A stretch of 64,000 bases of DNA from Somniosus microcephalus (taxonomy: Eukaryota): the NCBI GenBank assembly GCA_052327205.1, contig CM126217.1, positions 77,004,001-77,068,000 of the forward strand, in the 5' to 3' direction. Each line of letters starts with the position of its first letter. The stretch's first letter is position 1. Shown piece by piece: positions 61,240-64,000 of this stretch. Both the position numbers and the translations under genes were made by a program. Below the pieces are notes generated by a model. It did not search any database. It was given only the letters and a program-made list of their open reading frames with translations, and was not told where the DNA came from.

Positions 61240-63933
61240 TTAACAACAGAGAACTTGGAGACAGACAGGGAGAACACAATCAGAGTGGATCGCAAGCAGA
61301 GTAGAAGAACTTGGTGAGAGCAGGAACCGGTGGAGAGGAGGAAGGCGGTTGAGCCGTCTAACTGAAAAGGAGGAGTGGAGCCACAGAACCCAAGGGCCTA
61401 GAAATTGGGTTGAGGCGCCAAACTGGCGCCAAGTTCGCCTGAGCGCAGGATTTAGCGCAGCATTCGAGTCTTCAGCGATCGTCAGATATTCAGTTTCATT
61501 GCCCCTCGAGGGAGACGGGGCAAGGCTCGAGGCGCTCCGCGTCCCTCTTAGGGCGTTGAAACTGAATATCGCAGCGCAACATGCCGCAGCGCCACACGCT
61601 GCGGCACGGCACGCTGCGGTACTGCAAGCCTTCCTCCCATTGTTAAGGGGGAGGGGCCTGCAACAGCACGATCCCCGATCGCGAATGCCGGCAAAAGAGC
61701 CCGGCACCGAGAAGTGCCGGGCTCTCGGGAAACAGCCGGCAATGCCGCAGGGGGGTGGTCAGGAGGCCGGGGACGGAGGTGCTGGCAGGCGGCCGCCAAA
61801 AAAGGCGGCCGCCCCGCACCTCCACCTTAACTTGCGCCGCTGCCGGCACAGTAAGGCCCCGTGAACCGGGCGCGGGTAGCGAACGGCGCAACTGCGGCGT
61901 TCGCAACCAAATATCGTGAACGGGGTACGAATGGGGCGCTGCACACACCAATGATGTCATCGGTGGCGGCACAGCGCAAAAGGTTAACGCCACCATTATC
62001 GCCCCAACTCAATATCGCGGGAGGCGCAGCCAGTGGCGCTACAGCCATTGCCTGCCTCTTTAGGCGCTAATAAGTGGCGCTACTCACCCAATTTCTCCCC
62101 CAAGGTCTCTAAGTTAATAAGCATGAGAGTAGACCTACAGGAGAGCGAGAGGAGCGGCTGCAGATAAAGGTAGGACAGAGAGCCCAGAGCCCGGAGGGAG
62201 CGCGAGCACTAGGGAGTGAGGTAAGTGACGTCAGCACAAGGGAAGGAGCTGATTGGTGAGTAGCTGGTGATTGGTTTTTTTAAGTCTTGAGTTTATTTCT
62301 GTTAAGTTACTCAATAGTCTATTAAGTAGAGGCATGGCAGGGCACCTCAGTCCCGTGGAATGTATATCTTGTGCCATGTGAGAACTCCAGGATGCCTCCC
62401 GTGTCCTGGACAACCACGTGTGCAGAAAGTGTCGTCAGCTGGAGGAGCTCAAGTTCCAGGTTTCGGAGCTTGAACAGCAGTTAGCATCACTGCGGTGCAT
62501 CCATGAGGCTGAGAGCAAACTGGATAGAATTTTTCAGGAGGTGGTCACACCGCAGCGTAAGAGTGTGCAGGCAGAGAGGAAATGGGTGGCCATCAAACAG
62601 ACAAGGAGGATCAGGCAGGTAGTGCAGGAGTCCCCTGAGTGCATCTCACTCTCTAACCAGGGACTGAATACTGGTGAGGGTGATGGTTCCTCTGGGGAGT
62701 ACAGCCAGGGCCAAGTCCATGACATACGGGTGGCTCAGACAGAACCAATGTCCTCGCAGGCTGTGGGGGGGGGGGTGGTGGGGGGGTTGCTAGTGCTGTT
62801 GGCAAGGGTTTAAACTAATTTGGCAGAGGGCTAGGCACCAGGATGTAGCATTAGAAAGGAGAAACAGGTGCACAAAGGATTGGGGGAGACTAATAGTACT
62901 AGAGTAAGAAATAGTATGGTATTAGGTAGGATCAGACTAAGAGAGAATACAAGAAAGTCTAAGATAGGTTTACAGTGCATGTGTGTGAACGTACAAAGTG
63001 TGGTAAATAAGGTTGGTGAGCTGCAGGTACAAATAGCCACATGGGAGTATGAGGTCATGGCTCAAAAAAGGACAGGATTGGGTACTAAATATACCTAGAT
63101 ATAAAGTGTTCGGGAAAGATACAGAAGGAAAGAAAGGAGGTGGGGTGGTAGTATTGATTAAGGAGAATATTACAGTGCTGGAGAGAGGATGTCCTCGAAA
63201 GGGTCAAGGACAGAATCTATTTTGTTGAGAAATAACAGAGGTGCCATTACACTACTAGGTGTATTCTATAGGCCAACAACTAATGAGAAGGACATGGAGG
63301 AGCAAATTTGCAGGGAAATTACAGAGAGCTGTAGGGTTGGCAGGCTGTAACTGCTGCAAGGATCAGTGCTTGGGACTCAGCTATTCACAATCTATAATCA
63401 AAGATTTGGGTGAGGGAACCAAATGTAATATATCCAAGTTTGCTGATGATACAAAGCTGGGTGAGACTGTAAGCTGTGAGGAGGATGCAAAGAGGCTTCA
63501 AGGGGATATAGATAGGCTAAGTGAGTGGGCAAGAACATGGCAAATGGAATATCATGTGGAGAAATGTGAAGTTATCCACTTTTCTTGATATATATTAATG
63601 ACTTAGACTTGGGTGTACAGGACACAATTTCAACATTTGCAGATGAAACAAAACTTGGAAGTATAGTGAACAGTGAGGAGGATAGTGATAGACTTCAAGA
63701 GGACATAGACAGGCTGGTGGAATGGGCGGACACGTGGCAGAATAGTGCGAAGTGATACATTTTGGTAGGAAGAACGAGGAGAGGCAATATAAACTAAAGG
63801 ATATAATGCTAAAGGGGACGCATGAACAGAGAGACCTAGAGGTATATGTGCACAAATCGTTGAAGGTGGCAGGGCAGATTAAGAATGCGGTTAAAAAGCA
63901 TACAGGATCCTGGGCTTCATAAATAGAGGCATA
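61240..63933 (+). pseudogene. Decayed CR1 with 5' UTR, ORF1 remnant and deleted or rearranged ORF2 pieces
   Basis: ORF1-like CISC...CRKC plus coiled coil from ATG 62336, APE start (NVQSVVNK), and two FADD/FADE RT fragments. Confidence 0.75.
61395..62101. mobile_element. Diverged Harbinger MITE related to family A, reverse orientation
   Basis: GGCCTAGAAATTGGGT/ACCCAATTTCTCCCCC ends, TSD AAG. Confidence 0.8.
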
Positions 63934-64000
63934 GGGAGTGATTTTGCCTGTGCTCAGGGGTCGGGTTTGGAGGCGGGACTGCTGGCAAAATCAAAAAGAA

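Overview
This is eukaryotic, transposon-saturated DNA, not prokaryotic. It is most likely from a shark or ray, judged from HER1/CR1-type LINEs with (CTATGTTT)n tails, an HE1-like V-SINE and SacSINE1-like SINEs. No host gene is confidently recognisable. The window holds four Ty3/Gypsy LTR retrotransposons: one intact with apparently identical LTRs (6722-11203), two decayed and each interrupted by a CR1 LINE (13818-19025 and 38627-46047), and one cut by the window edge (1-1204). It also holds an apparently intact autonomous PIF/Harbinger transposon (50127-54652) with a transposase and a three-exon Myb/SANT gene, many Harbinger-type MITEs, an ERV-like solo LTR, many CR1/L2 fragments and Penelope-type fragments with minimal hammerhead motifs. 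The most unusual item is the young Gypsy element. It has no tRNA primer-binding site; that position instead carries a perfect 14-nt complement of its own LTR poly(A)-signal region, suggesting self-priming, and its RT active-site motif is YLDN rather than YxDD. All coordinates and alignments were read by eye and no database searches were run.
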